DNA of 51,152 nt from an uncultured Anaerolineae bacterium (GCA_964507175.1 CAZDOZ010000001.1:1-51152), one strand, 5' to 3'. Counted from the first letter of the stretch, positions 30,008 through 40,930 are shown. Translations and numbers: made by a program. Notes: generated by a model from the letters alone, not told the origin.

Positions 30008-31072
30008 GTGTTCAACCCAATGGATTGGATCTTAGGGCTTTTCTCCCTGGACATCGGGATAGACCTCGGTACCGCCAACACCCTGGTGAACGTCCGAAGG
30101 AAGGGGATCATCATCAACGAGCCTTCCGTGGTTGCAATCGACAAAAAGACGAAGAAAGTTCTGGCTATAGGCAGCGAAGCAAAGCAGATGGTGGGGCGCA
30201 CCCCATCTCACATCGTTGCCATCAGGCCGTTGCGGGATGGGGTAATCTCTGATTTCGACGTCACGGAGAAAATGCTTCATTACTTCATCCAGAAAGTTCA
30301 TGACCAACTCCTCAGCATGCCACGCCCCAGGGTGGTGGTAGGTATACCAAGCGGAGTTACGGAGGTGGAGAAACGCGCGGTGTACGACGCCATCGTCAGC
30401 GCCGGCGCACGCAGCGCGTACCTGATCGAAGAACCCATGGCCGCAGCAATTGGAGCAAACCTGCCAATCTCCGAGGCGATCGGCAGCATGATAGTGGACA
30501 TCGGCGGAGGCACTACGGAGGTAGCGATTTTCGCCATGGGCGGCATAGTGGTGTCCAAGTCAATCAGGGTTGCAGGGGACGAGATGGATGAGGACATCAT
30601 CAACTACGTCCGAAAGAAATACAATTTGCTCATTGGGGAGAGAATGGCAGAGGAGACCAAAATAGCTATCGGGTCGGCATATCCGCAGGAGCAGGAAGGG
30701 ACATATCAGATACGCGGCCGTAATCTCATCACCGGCTTGCCGGACGAGGTCGACATCAGCAGCATCGAGGTGAGGGAGGCTCTGAGCCCCTCCATCGAAA
30801 TGATCGTGAATACTGTCAAAGAAGCCCTAGAAGAAACTCCGCCAGAACTAGTATCCGACATAATGTCCAACGGGATAGCTCTGGCCGGGGGCGGATCCCT
30901 CCTGCGAGGGATCGAGGACAGGCTCAGCGAAGAGACCAAAATCAAGGTATATGTTGCCGAAGACCCGATGAGCTGTGTCGCTATAGGTGCGGAGAAAGTG
31001 CTGGAGGAATTGGACGTGCTGAGCACGGTGCTCACCAGTACCCAGCGGGGCAGTACGATCCATCAGCGGTAA
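30008..31072 (+). CDS. mreB: rod shape-determining actin homologue MreB
   Basis: DIGIDLGTANTLV phosphate-1 motif and the rest of the actin fold. GTG 30008 has GGAG 10 nt upstream; ATG 30020 is the alternative. Confidence 0.93.
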   Translation: MFNPMDWILGLFSLDIGIDLGTANTLVNVRRKGIIINEPSVVAIDKKTKKVLAIGSEAKQMVGRTPSHIVAIRPLRDGVISDFDVTEKMLHYFIQKVHDQLLSMPRPRVVVGIPSGVTEVEKRAVYDAIVSAGARSAYLIEEPMAAAIGANLPISEAIGSMIVDIGGGTTEVAIFAMGGIVVSKSIRVAGDEMDEDIINYVRKKYNLLIGERMAEETKIAIGSAYPQEQEGTYQIRGRNLITGLPDEVDISSIEVREALSPSIEMIVNTVKEALEETPPELVSDIMSNGIALAGGGSLLRGIEDRLSEETKIKVYVAEDPMSCVAIGAEKVLEELDVLSTVLTSTQRGSTIHQR

Positions 31073-31927
31073 ATGAGAACAAACCGGCCTCACATTTTTA
31101 TAACCACGTTGCTGATTCTGCTGGCCCTGCTTGCCCATTCTGCGGGGTGGAGCAGGCCTGTAGAGGGCCCTGTCCTCGCTGCCGTCAGTGACGTGATCCC
31201 TCTTATCACGACTCCTGTACGCTGGATCGGGAGCACCGGGAACGCAGTAATGCATGTCAGAACTCTCGAAAGAGAGAACAAAGAGCTCAAAGGCTTGATC
31301 AATCAGCTCCAGATAGAAAACGTCAAGATGAAAGAGGTGGAAGCAGAGAACAGGTCTCTGAGACTTCTCCTGGGATTTGCTCACGAGAACCCCACTTACG
31401 CTTTCCGTGGTGCCCAGGTGGTAGGCCATGTATTGGGGTACGACCCAGATCCATTCCTCCAGTACGTAATTCTGGATGTCGGGACAGCCGATGGCGTCGG
31501 CGTTGGGATGCCTGTGGTTACGGATCAAGGACTGGCTGGCAGAATATCTCAAGCATACTCTCACACCAGCAAAGTTCTCTTGATAACCGACCGGGAAAGC
31601 AATGTCAGCGGACTGCTGCAGGCATCAAGACTCACTGGCATCGTCAGGGGACAGGGTGGGCACCGCGATTTGCTCATGGATTACCTACCCCAGGGGAAGA
31701 CAATTACCCCCGGCGAGATCGTCATCACTTCCGGCATCGGCGGCAATTTCCCCAAGAACCTGGTGATCGGTCAGGTAGTAAAAATCAACCAGAAGGATTT
31801 CGAGGTGTTCCAAAGGGCGATAGTGCATCCGTCAGTGGATTTTGGCAGGCTGGAGACGGTTTTGGTGGTCACAAAATTTGTTCCTCTGGCCCCTCAGGAG
31901 ACGCCGGAAGCAGGGGTGAAGAAGTGA
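31073..31927 (+). CDS. mreC: rod shape-determining protein MreC
   Basis: N-terminal TM helix, a coiled coil (LERENKELK..LQIEN), and beta-barrel repeats ending ..GIGGNFPKNLVIGQV. Starts immediately after the mreB stop. Confidence 0.85.
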   Translation: MRTNRPHIFITTLLILLALLAHSAGWSRPVEGPVLAAVSDVIPLITTPVRWIGSTGNAVMHVRTLERENKELKGLINQLQIENVKMKEVEAENRSLRLLLGFAHENPTYAFRGAQVVGHVLGYDPDPFLQYVILDVGTADGVGVGMPVVTDQGLAGRISQAYSHTSKVLLITDRESNVSGLLQASRLTGIVRGQGGHRDLLMDYLPQGKTITPGEIVITSGIGGNFPKNLVIGQVVKINQKDFEVFQRAIVHPSVDFGRLETVLVVTKFVPLAPQETPEAGVKK

Positions 31928-32430
31928 ATCCATATCTGAGCGTGGTGCTTCTGGGGATCGTGGCCATCCTGGAGATAGGGTTGCAGCCACATCTGGGCTA
32001 CATGGGGGCAACGCCCGATTTCATGTTGCTGTCTGTGTCAATGTGGAGCCTGGTGCAAGGGCCTCTAGAAGGGGTTTTCTGGGCGCTGGTGGGTGGATTT
32101 CTGCTCAGCATATTTTCCGGCGGGCCTGTGGGGATTCTGGCATTCGGCATGATTCCCGCAGCTCTGCTCGCCGGGCTCGGACAGACCAGGTTCTTCGGCG
32201 GATGGCTCCACCTGCCGGTGGTTGTGACTTTCGTTGCATACATCACTTACGGCCTGACCGTTTTCCTGCTCCTTCGACTGACCGGGTGGCCGGGCGATCT
32301 GATTCCGGCAATACAATATCAAATGCTGCCCAACGCCATCTACAGTGCCATCCTTTCTCCGCTTTTATACCCGTTCTTCAGGTGGCTTCACTATCAGACC
32401 GTGGGCGAGAGATTGGAGTTTCCGCGATGA
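31924..32430 (+). CDS. mreD: rod shape-determining protein MreD
   Basis: 168-aa protein with five or six TM helices in the conserved mreD position. GTGA overlap with mreC. Confidence 0.72.
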   Translation: MNPYLSVVLLGIVAILEIGLQPHLGYMGATPDFMLLSVSMWSLVQGPLEGVFWALVGGFLLSIFSGGPVGILAFGMIPAALLAGLGQTRFFGGWLHLPVVVTFVAYITYGLTVFLLLRLTGWPGDLIPAIQYQMLPNAIYSAILSPLLYPFFRWLHYQTVGERLEFPR

Positions 32431-34460
32431 GGTACCATACATTGCCAATTCACCGCTACATGGTGTTGCGCCTGGTAGTGGCTTTGACGTTCGTCGCACT
32501 TGCCTTCCGGCTCGGGCAATTGCAGCTCGCCATGGGGGGAAATTACCAGCGGAAAGCTGCCCTAAACCGCATCAGGAGGGTAGTACTCCATGCACCGCGC
32601 GGGATCATTTACGACCGTAACGGGACCATCCTCGCACGCAATGAGGCGAGTTTCAGCATAGAGATCCTGCCAGAGGGAATTCCGGAAGATAGGGAAAAGG
32701 ACATTGTCAAACAGCTTCTGAACATCCTGGATTCCCCAAAACCGGAAATCTCTGCCCCTACGCCAGCGCAAAAATCAAATGGGGGGGAAGCAACACCCGC
32801 TCCCACTTCTCCACCAATATCACACCCTGATCTGAAGGAAATTCTTCACCAGGTGGATGCAGGCAGGTTGACCAACGCATCCCGTCCCATCATTGTGGCC
32901 AGAAGAGTGCCCAGAGAAGTAGTGATGGAAGTGGAGGAAGACGAGTACAGACTGCCCGGCGTGCAGGCCGTGGTAAACCCGCGCCGTGATTACCCCGAAG
33001 GGGCTCTGACAGCCCAGATTATCGGATTCATGGGATCAATCCCCTCCAACCAGATTCACACATACCTGGCTATGGGGTACCAACAGGGGGACAAAATCGG
33101 ACTAGCCGGATTGGAGGCTAGCTATGAGAAATCATTGCGGGGCAAGTGTGGCGAAAAATATGTGGAAGTGGATGTCCATGGCAAAGAAATAAGAACTGTG
33201 GGGAAGCAGGTCGACCCAGTTCCAGGATATAACCTCCGGTTGACACTGGACATAGGCCTTCAGAAGGTAATGGAAAAAGCGCTTCGTGATGGGATGAAAC
33301 ACATCAAGACAAAGCCCCAGTCCGGCGTGGCGATAGCTATGGACCCTCGCAATGGCGCTATCTTGGGGATGGTGAGCCTGCCATCTTATGACGACAACTT
33401 GTTTGCTAAAGGGATAGATCCGAAAACATACCAGGAAATGCTTGCAGACCGATGGCGTCCAATGGTGAACCACGCCATCAGCAGCATATACCCGCCTGGA
33501 TCTACCATCAAGCCAGTAGTTGCATCCGCTGCGCTTCAGGAGGGAGTGATCACCCCCAGGACACGCATTCTGGACAAGGACGGGGTAATCTGGCTACCAA
33601 ACAAGTATTTCCCGGACGACCCAAAACAGGCACAGCCGTTTTACTGTTGGATACACAAATATGGGCATGGACATGGGAATATCAACGTCCGGGAAGCGCT
33701 GGCAGTATCCTGCGACATCTTTTTCTACGAGGTGGGCGGCGGATACAAGGATTTCAAAGGCTTGGGGATAGACCGACTGGTGCGATACGCGCATCTGTTC
33801 GGGTTTGGAGAGAAAACAGGCATAGACCTGCCGGCCGAAAGCCCGGGCCAGGTTGGTACCCCCAAATGGAAACGCCTGAACTATGGGGAGAATTGGACCA
33901 CCGGGGATACCTTCAATATGAGCATTGGACAGGGATACCTGGCTGCAACGCCGATGCAGGTTCTCAATGCTACCGCAGCGGTCGCCAACGGAGGATACCT
34001 TTACCGTCCGCAAATCGTGTACGACGTGGAAGACTCGGAAGGTCATGTGATCAAACGATTCAAGCCAGAGCTGGTGCGGGAGGTGCCAGTAGAAGTGAAA
34101 GTTCTGGACGTGGTGAGGGAAGGGATGTGGGGCGCGGTCCACTGGCCCCAGGGAACAGCTAAAATCGTCAATATCCCCGGGTGTCAGATCGCCGGCAAGA
34201 CAGGCACTGCTGAATTTTACGACCCCAAAATTCCCAGGGACAAAAAGGGGAATTTGCCAACCCATGCCTGGTTCACGGCTTTCGCGCCATACGATAACCC
34301 GGAGATTGCTTTGGTGGTATTCGTATACAATGGAGGCGAAGGGTCAGAAGTGGCGGCACCGATAGCCAGGGATATACTCCGGGCATATTTCACCGCTCGC
34401 GGCAAGTGCCTGCCAACGCCGACCCCTGTCCCGACCTCTACACCGGAGAAACAAAAATGA
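32427..34460 (+). CDS. mrdA: penicillin-binding protein 2 (elongasome transpeptidase)
   Basis: True start MRYHTLPIHRYMVLRL (ATGA overlap with mreD). SxxK = GSTIKP and KTG = AGKTGTA. The upstream 128 codons of the ORF lie inside mreD and were rejected. Confidence 0.9.
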   Translation: MRYHTLPIHRYMVLRLVVALTFVALAFRLGQLQLAMGGNYQRKAALNRIRRVVLHAPRGIIYDRNGTILARNEASFSIEILPEGIPEDREKDIVKQLLNILDSPKPEISAPTPAQKSNGGEATPAPTSPPISHPDLKEILHQVDAGRLTNASRPIIVARRVPREVVMEVEEDEYRLPGVQAVVNPRRDYPEGALTAQIIGFMGSIPSNQIHTYLAMGYQQGDKIGLAGLEASYEKSLRGKCGEKYVEVDVHGKEIRTVGKQVDPVPGYNLRLTLDIGLQKVMEKALRDGMKHIKTKPQSGVAIAMDPRNGAILGMVSLPSYDDNLFAKGIDPKTYQEMLADRWRPMVNHAISSIYPPGSTIKPVVASAALQEGVITPRTRILDKDGVIWLPNKYFPDDPKQAQPFYCWIHKYGHGHGNINVREALAVSCDIFFYEVGGGYKDFKGLGIDRLVRYAHLFGFGEKTGIDLPAESPGQVGTPKWKRLNYGENWTTGDTFNMSIGQGYLAATPMQVLNATAAVANGGYLYRPQIVYDVEDSEGHVIKRFKPELVREVPVEVKVLDVVREGMWGAVHWPQGTAKIVNIPGCQIAGKTGTAEFYDPKIPRDKKGNLPTHAWFTAFAPYDNPEIALVVFVYNGGEGSEVAAPIARDILRAYFTARGKCLPTPTPVPTSTPEKQK

Positions 34461-35116
34461 GGCCAACCGTTCAGATCAAAGGGACCAAAGAAGGGCTGCT
34501 GATAGTCCTCGGGCCAGGGCTGTGGAACTCCATGATGGCAGAGCTCAAGGAGAAACTCGATGCAAATCCAACATTTTTCCGAGGAGCGCGGGTAGCCATT
34601 TCCACTGGCACCCGTGTGCTCGAAAAGGAGGATATCCTTCAGACGGGACAGATGCTCTCAAACTACGGGATGTTTCTTTGGGCGATCCTTTCGGATGTCG
34701 AAGAAACCAGGAAAACGGCCGAAGGGTTAGGTCTGGCTACAGAACTCAGCCTATCGCTGGCATCCAAGCTGCTTCCAGCGGCCAACGTGCTTGTGCTAAC
34801 CAAAACCCTTCGTTCCGGGCAGGAGTTGGAACATCGGGGAAGCGTGTTGTTGATCGGCGACGTGAATCCGGGTGCAAGGATCATCGCCAGCGAGAGCATC
34901 ATCGTATGGGGGCGTCTGCGCGGCGATGCCCACGCGGGCTATCCTGACAAGGACGATGCCGTGATCGCTGCGCTGGGAATGGAAGCGGAGGCAATAGCCA
35001 TCGGGGGGACCCCCGCTGTACTGAAGAAAAAATCCGGAGCCAGGTGGAAAGAGGCAAAGTTGCGCCCAACTCTAGCCAGAATCGAGGACGGGCGGGTGGT
35101 ATTCAGTGAGTGGTAA
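34457..35116 (+). CDS. minC: septum site-determining protein MinC
   Basis: ATGA overlap with mrdA. N-terminal IKGTKEGLLIVL, and a C-terminal beta-helix LLIGDVNPGARIIASESIIVWGRLRGDAHAG. Confidence 0.8.
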   Translation: MRPTVQIKGTKEGLLIVLGPGLWNSMMAELKEKLDANPTFFRGARVAISTGTRVLEKEDILQTGQMLSNYGMFLWAILSDVEETRKTAEGLGLATELSLSLASKLLPAANVLVLTKTLRSGQELEHRGSVLLIGDVNPGARIIASESIIVWGRLRGDAHAGYPDKDDAVIAALGMEAEAIAIGGTPAVLKKKSGARWKEAKLRPTLARIEDGRVVFSEW

Positions 35117-35179
35117 AGGCGACGCTGTGAAAGATCCCCCTCCGCGCCGGGGTTAACAATGTTGGCAACCACAGGGCTG

Positions 35180-35214
35180 AGCCTGCCCCCACACATAAAG
35201 GGACAGGCTTTTTT
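35180..35214 (+). terminator. rho-independent terminator after minC
   Basis: AGCCTGCCCC ... GGGACAGGCT stem (one mismatch) followed by TTTTTT. Confidence 0.6.
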
Positions 35215-35290
35215 ACAACTTGCGCTTGCACAGTTCGAGCAGGTATCCGGTCTACCCCTCACCTCAGGGGAATCGGATTGAGGAGGAAAA

Positions 35291-35788
35291 GTGCCCAGAA
35301 AAAGTGAGAAAACCAATGCCATGAGGATACTGGACAGGGAAAAAGTGAGCTATGAGCCTGTGTATTTCTCGCCGGAGATACACTCTGCCGATGGCGTGGC
35401 GGAAATGATCGGGGTGCCCGCCAGCCATGTTTACAAAACGCTGGTGGTGATCCGCCCAGGCGGGAAGCCGTTGCTGGTAATGGTTGCCGGGGACAGACGT
35501 TTGAATCTAAAGAAAGTGGCAAAAGCTGCCGGATCGAAATCGGTACGGATGGCGACTTACCAGGAAGCGGAAAGATTGACCGGGCTCAAGGTGGGCGGGA
35601 TATCAGCGCTGGCACTTCTGGACAAAGGGTTTGACGTATTTATAGACCAGCGAGCTCTGGAGATGAAGAAGCTGTTCGTGAGCGCGGGGAAACGCGGAAT
35701 CAACCTGCAATTGTCGGTTGCCGATCTTATACACGTGACGAAAGCCGTGCCTGCAGATGTCTCCATCCCGGCCGAGGAAAGCGAATAA
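35291..35788 (+). CDS. ybaK: YbaK/EbsC-type Cys-tRNA(Pro) deacylase
   Basis: TNAMRILD..., HVYKTLVV, and the GGISALAL motif (YbaK G-x-G-x-S/P loop). GTG start with GAGGAGG RBS. Confidence 0.85.
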   Translation: MPRKSEKTNAMRILDREKVSYEPVYFSPEIHSADGVAEMIGVPASHVYKTLVVIRPGGKPLLVMVAGDRRLNLKKVAKAAGSKSVRMATYQEAERLTGLKVGGISALALLDKGFDVFIDQRALEMKKLFVSAGKRGINLQLSVADLIHVTKAVPADVSIPAEESE

Positions 35789-35874
35789 AAGAACACCATG
35801 GTGCGTTTTTCAGTTGAGTGCGTTCAATTCAGGGATGCGCTCTTTCATGCATCACGGTGGAAGGAGGCTTGGTA

Positions 35875-37272
35875 ATGAAGAAAGCGTTGGCGATTCTGGC
35901 TGTTGTGCTGATCATCGCTTTGGGCGGCTATGCCTACACAAAAGAAGCCAAGGGGCAGAGCTCCGTAGATGTAACGCAAAAGTACGAGCATATTGTGGTG
36001 AGAAAAGGGGATTTGCAGGAAGTCGTCTCAGCGTCCGGTACGATACAGCCGGTAAAAATGGCGAACCTCTCTTTCAAGTCGGCCGGTTGGGTGAAGTCCA
36101 CGGAAGTGAAGGAAGGGGACAGGGTCAATCAAGGAGAGTTGCTGGCGTCATTGGACGACAGTCAGCAAAAACTGGCCCTGGCCCAGGCTGAAGCATCGCT
36201 GAGGGCGGCACAAGCTCGCCTGGAGCAGGTGAAGAAAGGCCCTTCGGCGGAGGATATTGCTGCGGCCGAGGCGGCGGTGAAAAGCGCCCAGGAAGCGTAC
36301 AAGCATCTCTTGGCGGGACCTTCCAAGGACGAGAAAACTGCGGCGAAAGCCCAGGTTGACCTGGCAAAAGCTCGGTTGGACCAGGCGCAGGCGGCTTATG
36401 ACAGAGTGGCCTACATGCCAAACATTGCAATGATGCCTCAGTCTCTGCAGCTCCAGGAAGCTACGATAAACTATCAGGCAGCGCTCGCCAGCTATCGTGC
36501 GAAGATAGCGCCCCCTACCGAAGCGCAGATAGCCCAGGCAAAAGCGCAAATTGCCCAGGCTGAGGCACAGCTTGCAAAGCTTAAGAATTCCCCGTCGCAG
36601 GAGGACATAGATGCTGCCCAGGCGCAGGTGGAGCAGGCGAAAGTTGGCGTGGAACAGGCAAAGCTGGCATTGGAAAATTTACAGATACATGCCCCCTTCT
36701 CCGGCGTTGTCGCCGAGGTGAACGTGAAAGAAGGAGAAATGCCTCCGACTATGAAGCCTGCCATCGTGATGATAGATTTGGACAGCGGCTTTTACGTGGA
36801 TGTGACGGTGGACGAGATGGATATCGCAAAAGTGAGGGTGGGCCAGCAGGCCAAGGTCAAACCATCCGCATTGCGGAATGTCATCCTGGCAGGAACAGTT
36901 AGCTACGTCTCCCCGGTCTCTACGGTGGTCAACGGGGTGACGTCGTACAAAGCAAAAGTCGATTTGGAAAAGACAAAGGCCCCTTTGAAGGAAGGAATGT
37001 ACGCTGATGTAACGATAACCACGCAAAATCTGAAAGACGTGCTCCTCGTGCCAAACCGATTTGTCCGGATAGACGCGAAGACCGGCAAGACGCTGGTTTT
37101 CAAACTCGTGGGTGGCAATCTCAGGGCAACGCCAGTGGAACTTGGTGTTCGTGGCGACAAGAGCAGTCAGGTTCTCTCCGGCGCAAAGGCGGGCGATACC
37201 ATATTCCTCGTTCCGAAGAACTGGAAAGAAGAACTGCAGTCCACCATGAGCTTTGGGAGTTCTAAGAGATGA
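35875..37272 (+). CDS. efflux transporter periplasmic adaptor (HlyD/MacA family)
   Basis: Signal-anchor [14 protein letters not shown], lipoyl-like halves, and a long Ala/Gln coiled-coil hairpin. RBS GGAAGGAGG. The upstream ORF extension was rejected. Confidence 0.85.
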   Translation: MKKALAILAVVLIIALGGYAYTKEAKGQSSVDVTQKYEHIVVRKGDLQEVVSASGTIQPVKMANLSFKSAGWVKSTEVKEGDRVNQGELLASLDDSQQKLALAQAEASLRAAQARLEQVKKGPSAEDIAAAEAAVKSAQEAYKHLLAGPSKDEKTAAKAQVDLAKARLDQAQAAYDRVAYMPNIAMMPQSLQLQEATINYQAALASYRAKIAPPTEAQIAQAKAQIAQAEAQLAKLKNSPSQEDIDAAQAQVEQAKVGVEQAKLALENLQIHAPFSGVVAEVNVKEGEMPPTMKPAIVMIDLDSGFYVDVTVDEMDIAKVRVGQQAKVKPSALRNVILAGTVSYVSPVSTVVNGVTSYKAKVDLEKTKAPLKEGMYADVTITTQNLKDVLLVPNRFVRIDAKTGKTLVFKLVGGNLRATPVELGVRGDKSSQVLSGAKAGDTIFLVPKNWKEELQSTMSFGSSKR

Positions 37273-38012
37273 GCGAAACCCCCGTAATCGATCTGCAGGG
37301 CATCACAAAAGTGTACCACATGGGCTCCGTGGAGGTACACGCACTGCGAGGCATAGATTTGCGCGTGGATCAAGGCGAGATGGTAGCGATCATGGGCCCT
37401 TCCGGATCGGGCAAGTCTACCCTGATGCACATTATCGGGTGCCTGGATCAGCCCACCAGCGGCAGGTATCTGCTAAGCGGCATGGATGTCTCTGCCCTTT
37501 CCGACGATAGGCTCGCCGAGATACGGAGCCGGAAAGTCGGGTTCGTCTTCCAGAATTTCAACCTGCTGTACCGGGTCTCTGCGCTGCACAACGTGGAGCT
37601 CCCGCTAGTTTATGCCGGGGCGCGGGATCGCCGCAGGAAGGCGCTGACGGCGCTGGAAGCGGTGGGGCTGGGAGACCGGCTTCACCACCGCCCAAATGAG
37701 CTTTCCGGTGGGCAGCAACAGCGGGTTGCCATCGCCAGGGCGCTGGTGAACGACCCCGACCTGATTTTGGCAGACGAGCCCACGGGTAACCTGGATTCCA
37801 AAGCCGGGGCAGAGATCATGGATATCTTTCAGCGGCTGAACCGAGAGAGGGGGATAACGGTGGTTTTGGTCACCCATGAGCCCGCAGTCGCCAGACATAC
37901 TCAGAGGATAGTCCACCTCAAAGACGGTCTCGTCATTGAAGAAGAGACCGTGGAGCACCCTCTGGAGGCGGGAGTAGATATCTATCTCAATGGGGTGGAG
38001 GAGGCAGCATGA
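37269..38012 (+). CDS. MacB/LolD-type ABC transporter ATP-binding protein
   Basis: Walker [10 protein letters not shown], signature LSGGQQQR, Walker B LILADEPT. 4-nt overlap with the adaptor gene. Confidence 0.92.
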   Translation: MSETPVIDLQGITKVYHMGSVEVHALRGIDLRVDQGEMVAIMGPSGSGKSTLMHIIGCLDQPTSGRYLLSGMDVSALSDDRLAEIRSRKVGFVFQNFNLLYRVSALHNVELPLVYAGARDRRRKALTALEAVGLGDRLHHRPNELSGGQQQRVAIARALVNDPDLILADEPTGNLDSKAGAEIMDIFQRLNRERGITVVLVTHEPAVARHTQRIVHLKDGLVIEEETVEHPLEAGVDIYLNGVEEAA

Positions 38013-39250
38013 AATACTGGGAAGCGGTCAAGGTTGCATGGCAGGCATTGCTTGTCAACAAGCTGCGTTCTTTTCTGACGATGCTTGGGATAATCATCGG
38101 CGTTGGTGCTGTAATTGCACTGCTGGCCGCGGGCCAGGGCGTGCAAAACTACGTGACAGGCCAGCTCCAGAGTGTGGGCACGAACCTTCTTTTCGTGATG
38201 CCGGGTACGATGGAGGAGGGGCCTCATGCCAGGGCTACGCTTTCCAACCTTACCTACCAGGACGCAATGGCGATAGCAGACCCATACAGTGTGCCGGACG
38301 CTGTAGCAGTCTCCCCCCAGATGTTAGGCGCGGGGTTGGTGACGTCGGGGCATCACAGCAAGCGGTTCAACGTCTCCGGCGTAATGCCCAACTACGCTCA
38401 GGTTCGCAACTCAAGGGTGATAGTAGGCAGGTTCATTTCTCAGGAAGACACCACGACGAAAGCCAGGGTAGCTGTGCTGGGCAGCCGGGTGGCGGAGGAC
38501 CTTTTCGGGGATGAATACCCCATTGGAGAGCGGATACAGATCAACAAGCTCTCTTTCGAGGTCGTGGGAGTGCTGGAACGGAAAGGAGGATCGGGTTTCG
38601 GCAGCGAGGATCAGCAGATTTACGTCCCTCTCACCACTGCGGAGTCCAGGCTGTTCCCGAACTCACGCAACGCCAGAGGAGAACCGCTGATGTCGGTGGT
38701 ATATGTCCAGGTGGCTGACGAATCGTTGATGGACAGGGCTACTGAGGAGATCGCTACCGTGTTGCGTGAGCGGCACGGAATCAAGTTCCAGGGTGGTGAG
38801 GATGACTTCACCATCGTGAGTCAGGCAGACCTGATAAGCGTTTTCGGCGATGTTACCCGGATTCTCACCATCTTTCTTGGGGCGATAGCTGCCATATCGC
38901 TGCTGGTCGGAGGCATCGGGATTATGAACATCATGCTCGTGTCCGTGACAGAGCGCACGCGGGAGATAGGTCTGAGGAAGGCAGTCGGAGCAAAGAAGCG
39001 GGACATCCTGCTTCAATTCCTGGTAGAAGCAACGGCACTTTCCCTGACAGGTGGGATCATCGGGATCTTACTGGGAGTTGCCGGGGCGAAGGCGATATCC
39101 AGTGTTGCCGGAGATCTCGCTCCCGTGGTAACCTTCCAGGCGATCCTTCTGGCCACAGGATTCTCCATTGCTGTTGGATTATTTTTCGGGATTTACCCCG
39201 CATCCCGTGCGGCATCCCTGAATCCGATAGACGCGTTGAGGTACGAGTAG
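38009..39250 (+). CDS. MacB-type ABC transporter permease (FtsX-like)
   Basis: N-terminal TM helix, a large periplasmic domain, then the FtsX 3-TM block with the [13 protein letters not shown] motif. Confidence 0.9.
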   Translation: MKYWEAVKVAWQALLVNKLRSFLTMLGIIIGVGAVIALLAAGQGVQNYVTGQLQSVGTNLLFVMPGTMEEGPHARATLSNLTYQDAMAIADPYSVPDAVAVSPQMLGAGLVTSGHHSKRFNVSGVMPNYAQVRNSRVIVGRFISQEDTTTKARVAVLGSRVAEDLFGDEYPIGERIQINKLSFEVVGVLERKGGSGFGSEDQQIYVPLTTAESRLFPNSRNARGEPLMSVVYVQVADESLMDRATEEIATVLRERHGIKFQGGEDDFTIVSQADLISVFGDVTRILTIFLGAIAAISLLVGGIGIMNIMLVSVTERTREIGLRKAVGAKKRDILLQFLVEATALSLTGGIIGILLGVAGAKAISSVAGDLAPVVTFQAILLATGFSIAVGLFFGIYPASRAASLNPIDALRYE

Positions 39251-39266
39251 GTCAGGGCTCGCGCAG

Positions 39267-39295
39267 TTGCAGTGTGGAATTCTGTGTGTTAGAAT
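39267..39295 (+). promoter_or_regulatory. sigma70-type promoter candidate for tRNA-Arg
   Basis: TTGCAG (39267-39272), 17-nt spacer, TAGAAT (39290-39295), 13 nt before the tRNA 5' end. Confidence 0.45.
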
Positions 39296-39308
39296 TTATG
39301 TGCATTGC

Positions 39309-39381
39309 GCCCCCGTAGCTCAAAGGACAGAGCGTCGGACTTCGAATCCGCAGGTTGCAGGTTCGAATCCTGCCGGGGGCG
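39309..39381 (+). tRNA. tRNA-Arg (anticodon TCG)
   Basis: Folded by hand. Acceptor GCCCCCG/CGGGGGC, D arm GCTC/GAGC, anticodon loop CT-TCG-AA, T arm GCAGG-TTCGAAT-CCTGC, discriminator G. CCA is not encoded. Confidence 0.9.
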
Positions 39382-39646
39382 CCTCGTTGGGTCGATTCAG
39401 GAGGTGCCCTATGTCGGCAATTGCAACCATACCTACCTACATTCCCCTCCCCAAAGGTCACAAGCCAATATCAGCAGTCCGCACCAGAGTATAAGACATT
39501 GAGATAGTGGGTGATGAACTCTATGCGGCCGTGCAGGAATGCATTGCCCTCCGCTACCTAGAGAAATCCAGAACCCGATGCCATCCAAAAATACCGAATG
39601 GTACCGATTTACCACCCGAGATGTGGATTCAGAGCGCTCTCCGCAC

Positions 39647-40930
39647 TCATGCCCAAGACTCAGATCTATTCTCGGCAGAGTCCAGTTTGTCCTTCACAAC
39701 CCACAGGGCCACGGTTTCTACATGAAATGTCTGGGGGAAGAGATCCACTGGCTGTACCATCTCCAGAGTGTACCCCTGGGATTCCAGCGCCTTCGTGTCA
39801 CGCGCCATGGTAGCGGGATCGCAGGAAACATACGCCAGGCGGCGGACGCCAAGCCTCCGAAGGTGGGCGGCAACCCCTTTCCCAAGCCCGCCTCGCGGCG
39901 GATCCACCACAGCCAGATCCACAGAATCGTCCAGGGTCTGCAAGACTTCTTCCACAGGGCCTTCGTACAACGTGATATTGTCCATTCCCAAAGATGCCGC
40001 CGTCTGAGCCATGTCCTCGATTGCATACGAGTTCTCCTCGATCCCTACCACCTCAGCCGCATCGCTGGCCAACGCCAGGCCAAAAAGTCCGACGCCGGAA
40101 TAAGCGTCCAGCACCCGCTGTCCTGGTGCGGGGTCCAAGAATTCTTTTACCAGCGAGACCAGACGCTCTGCTCCGGGCGTGTTGACCTGGAAGAAGCTTC
40201 CTGCGGAGATACGGTAACGGATTCCGGATACCTCCTCCGTGATGTACGACGATCCGATTACCGGGTAATATCCTTTTTCTGTGTGGATGATTATGGAAAC
40301 AGGAACATTCACTTCGATCTCCGGCCATCCCTTCCCCTTGACTTCGAGAATCACCATAGCTTCGCCAGTGTTCACCCCAACCCGCAGGGTGAGGCTTTGG
40401 AGGCCGGGCCATGAAGTCTCCATCAGGTCGTACAATTCGGTGAGGCGGGGATGGAGAAGCATGCACGACTCCACCGGTATCACCTCGTGGCTGTTAGCGC
40501 GCCGGAATCCGGTCCTACCATCCGAAGTAACCGCGAAACGGGCACTATTCCTATATCCCCATGGCTCGCTCACGCGCATGGTGGACTTCACTGGAGGCTG
40601 GCGTACTCCACCAAGCCTGCGCAACTGGTCTTCCACCACCTCTTTTTTCAGTGCAAGCTGGCGCTCGTAACGGATATATTGCCATTGACATCCACCACAT
40701 CCCTCCAGGCCAAAAAGCTGACATGGCGGTTCGATCCTGTCCGGAGAGGGGCGCAGGACTTCCAACAGCCGAGCTCGCCCCCATTTTTTCTTCTCTTCTA
40801 TCCTTTCGACGAACACCCTCTCTCCCGGCATGGCGTACGCGACGAAGTAAATCTTTCCCTGATGGAAACCAAACGCTTCTCCTCCGTGAGCAATGCCCGT
40901 CAATTCCAAGTTGAATCGATCATCCTGCAT
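39647..40930 (-). CDS. rlmD: 23S rRNA (uracil-5-)-methyltransferase RlmD/RumA family
   Basis: N-terminal TRAM domain, Fe-S cysteines CQLFGLEGCGGCQWQ, SAM motif VLDAYSGVGLFG, VDPPRGG, and the catalytic YVSCDPAT. Confidence 0.88.
   Translation of the reverse strand: MQDDRFNLELTGIAHGGEAFGFHQGKIYFVAYAMPGERVFVERIEEKKKWGRARLLEVLRPSPDRIEPPCQLFGLEGCGGCQWQYIRYERQLALKKEVVEDQLRRLGGVRQPPVKSTMRVSEPWGYRNSARFAVTSDGRTGFRRANSHEVIPVESCMLLHPRLTELYDLMETSWPGLQSLTLRVGVNTGEAMVILEVKGKGWPEIEVNVPVSIIIHTEKGYYPVIGSSYITEEVSGIRYRISAGSFFQVNTPGAERLVSLVKEFLDPAPGQRVLDAYSGVGLFGLALASDAAEVVGIEENSYAIEDMAQTAASLGMDNITLYEGPVEEVLQTLDDSVDLAVVDPPRGGLGKGVAAHLRRLGVRRLAYVSCDPATMARDTKALESQGYTLEMVQPVDLFPQTFHVETVALWVVKDKLDSAENRSESWA

Noticed and set aside
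32043-32426. 128-codon N-terminal extension of the PBP2 ORF.
   Set aside because: It lies entirely within mreD in another frame. The canonical PBP2 membrane anchor starts at the ATG of the ATGA overlap (32427).
39539-40414. 291-aa plus-strand ORF, with several shorter ones, antisense to rlmD.
   Set aside because: The opposite strand encodes a full-length RumA-family protein with all catalytic motifs. The antisense translation is low-complexity and has no recognisable domain.
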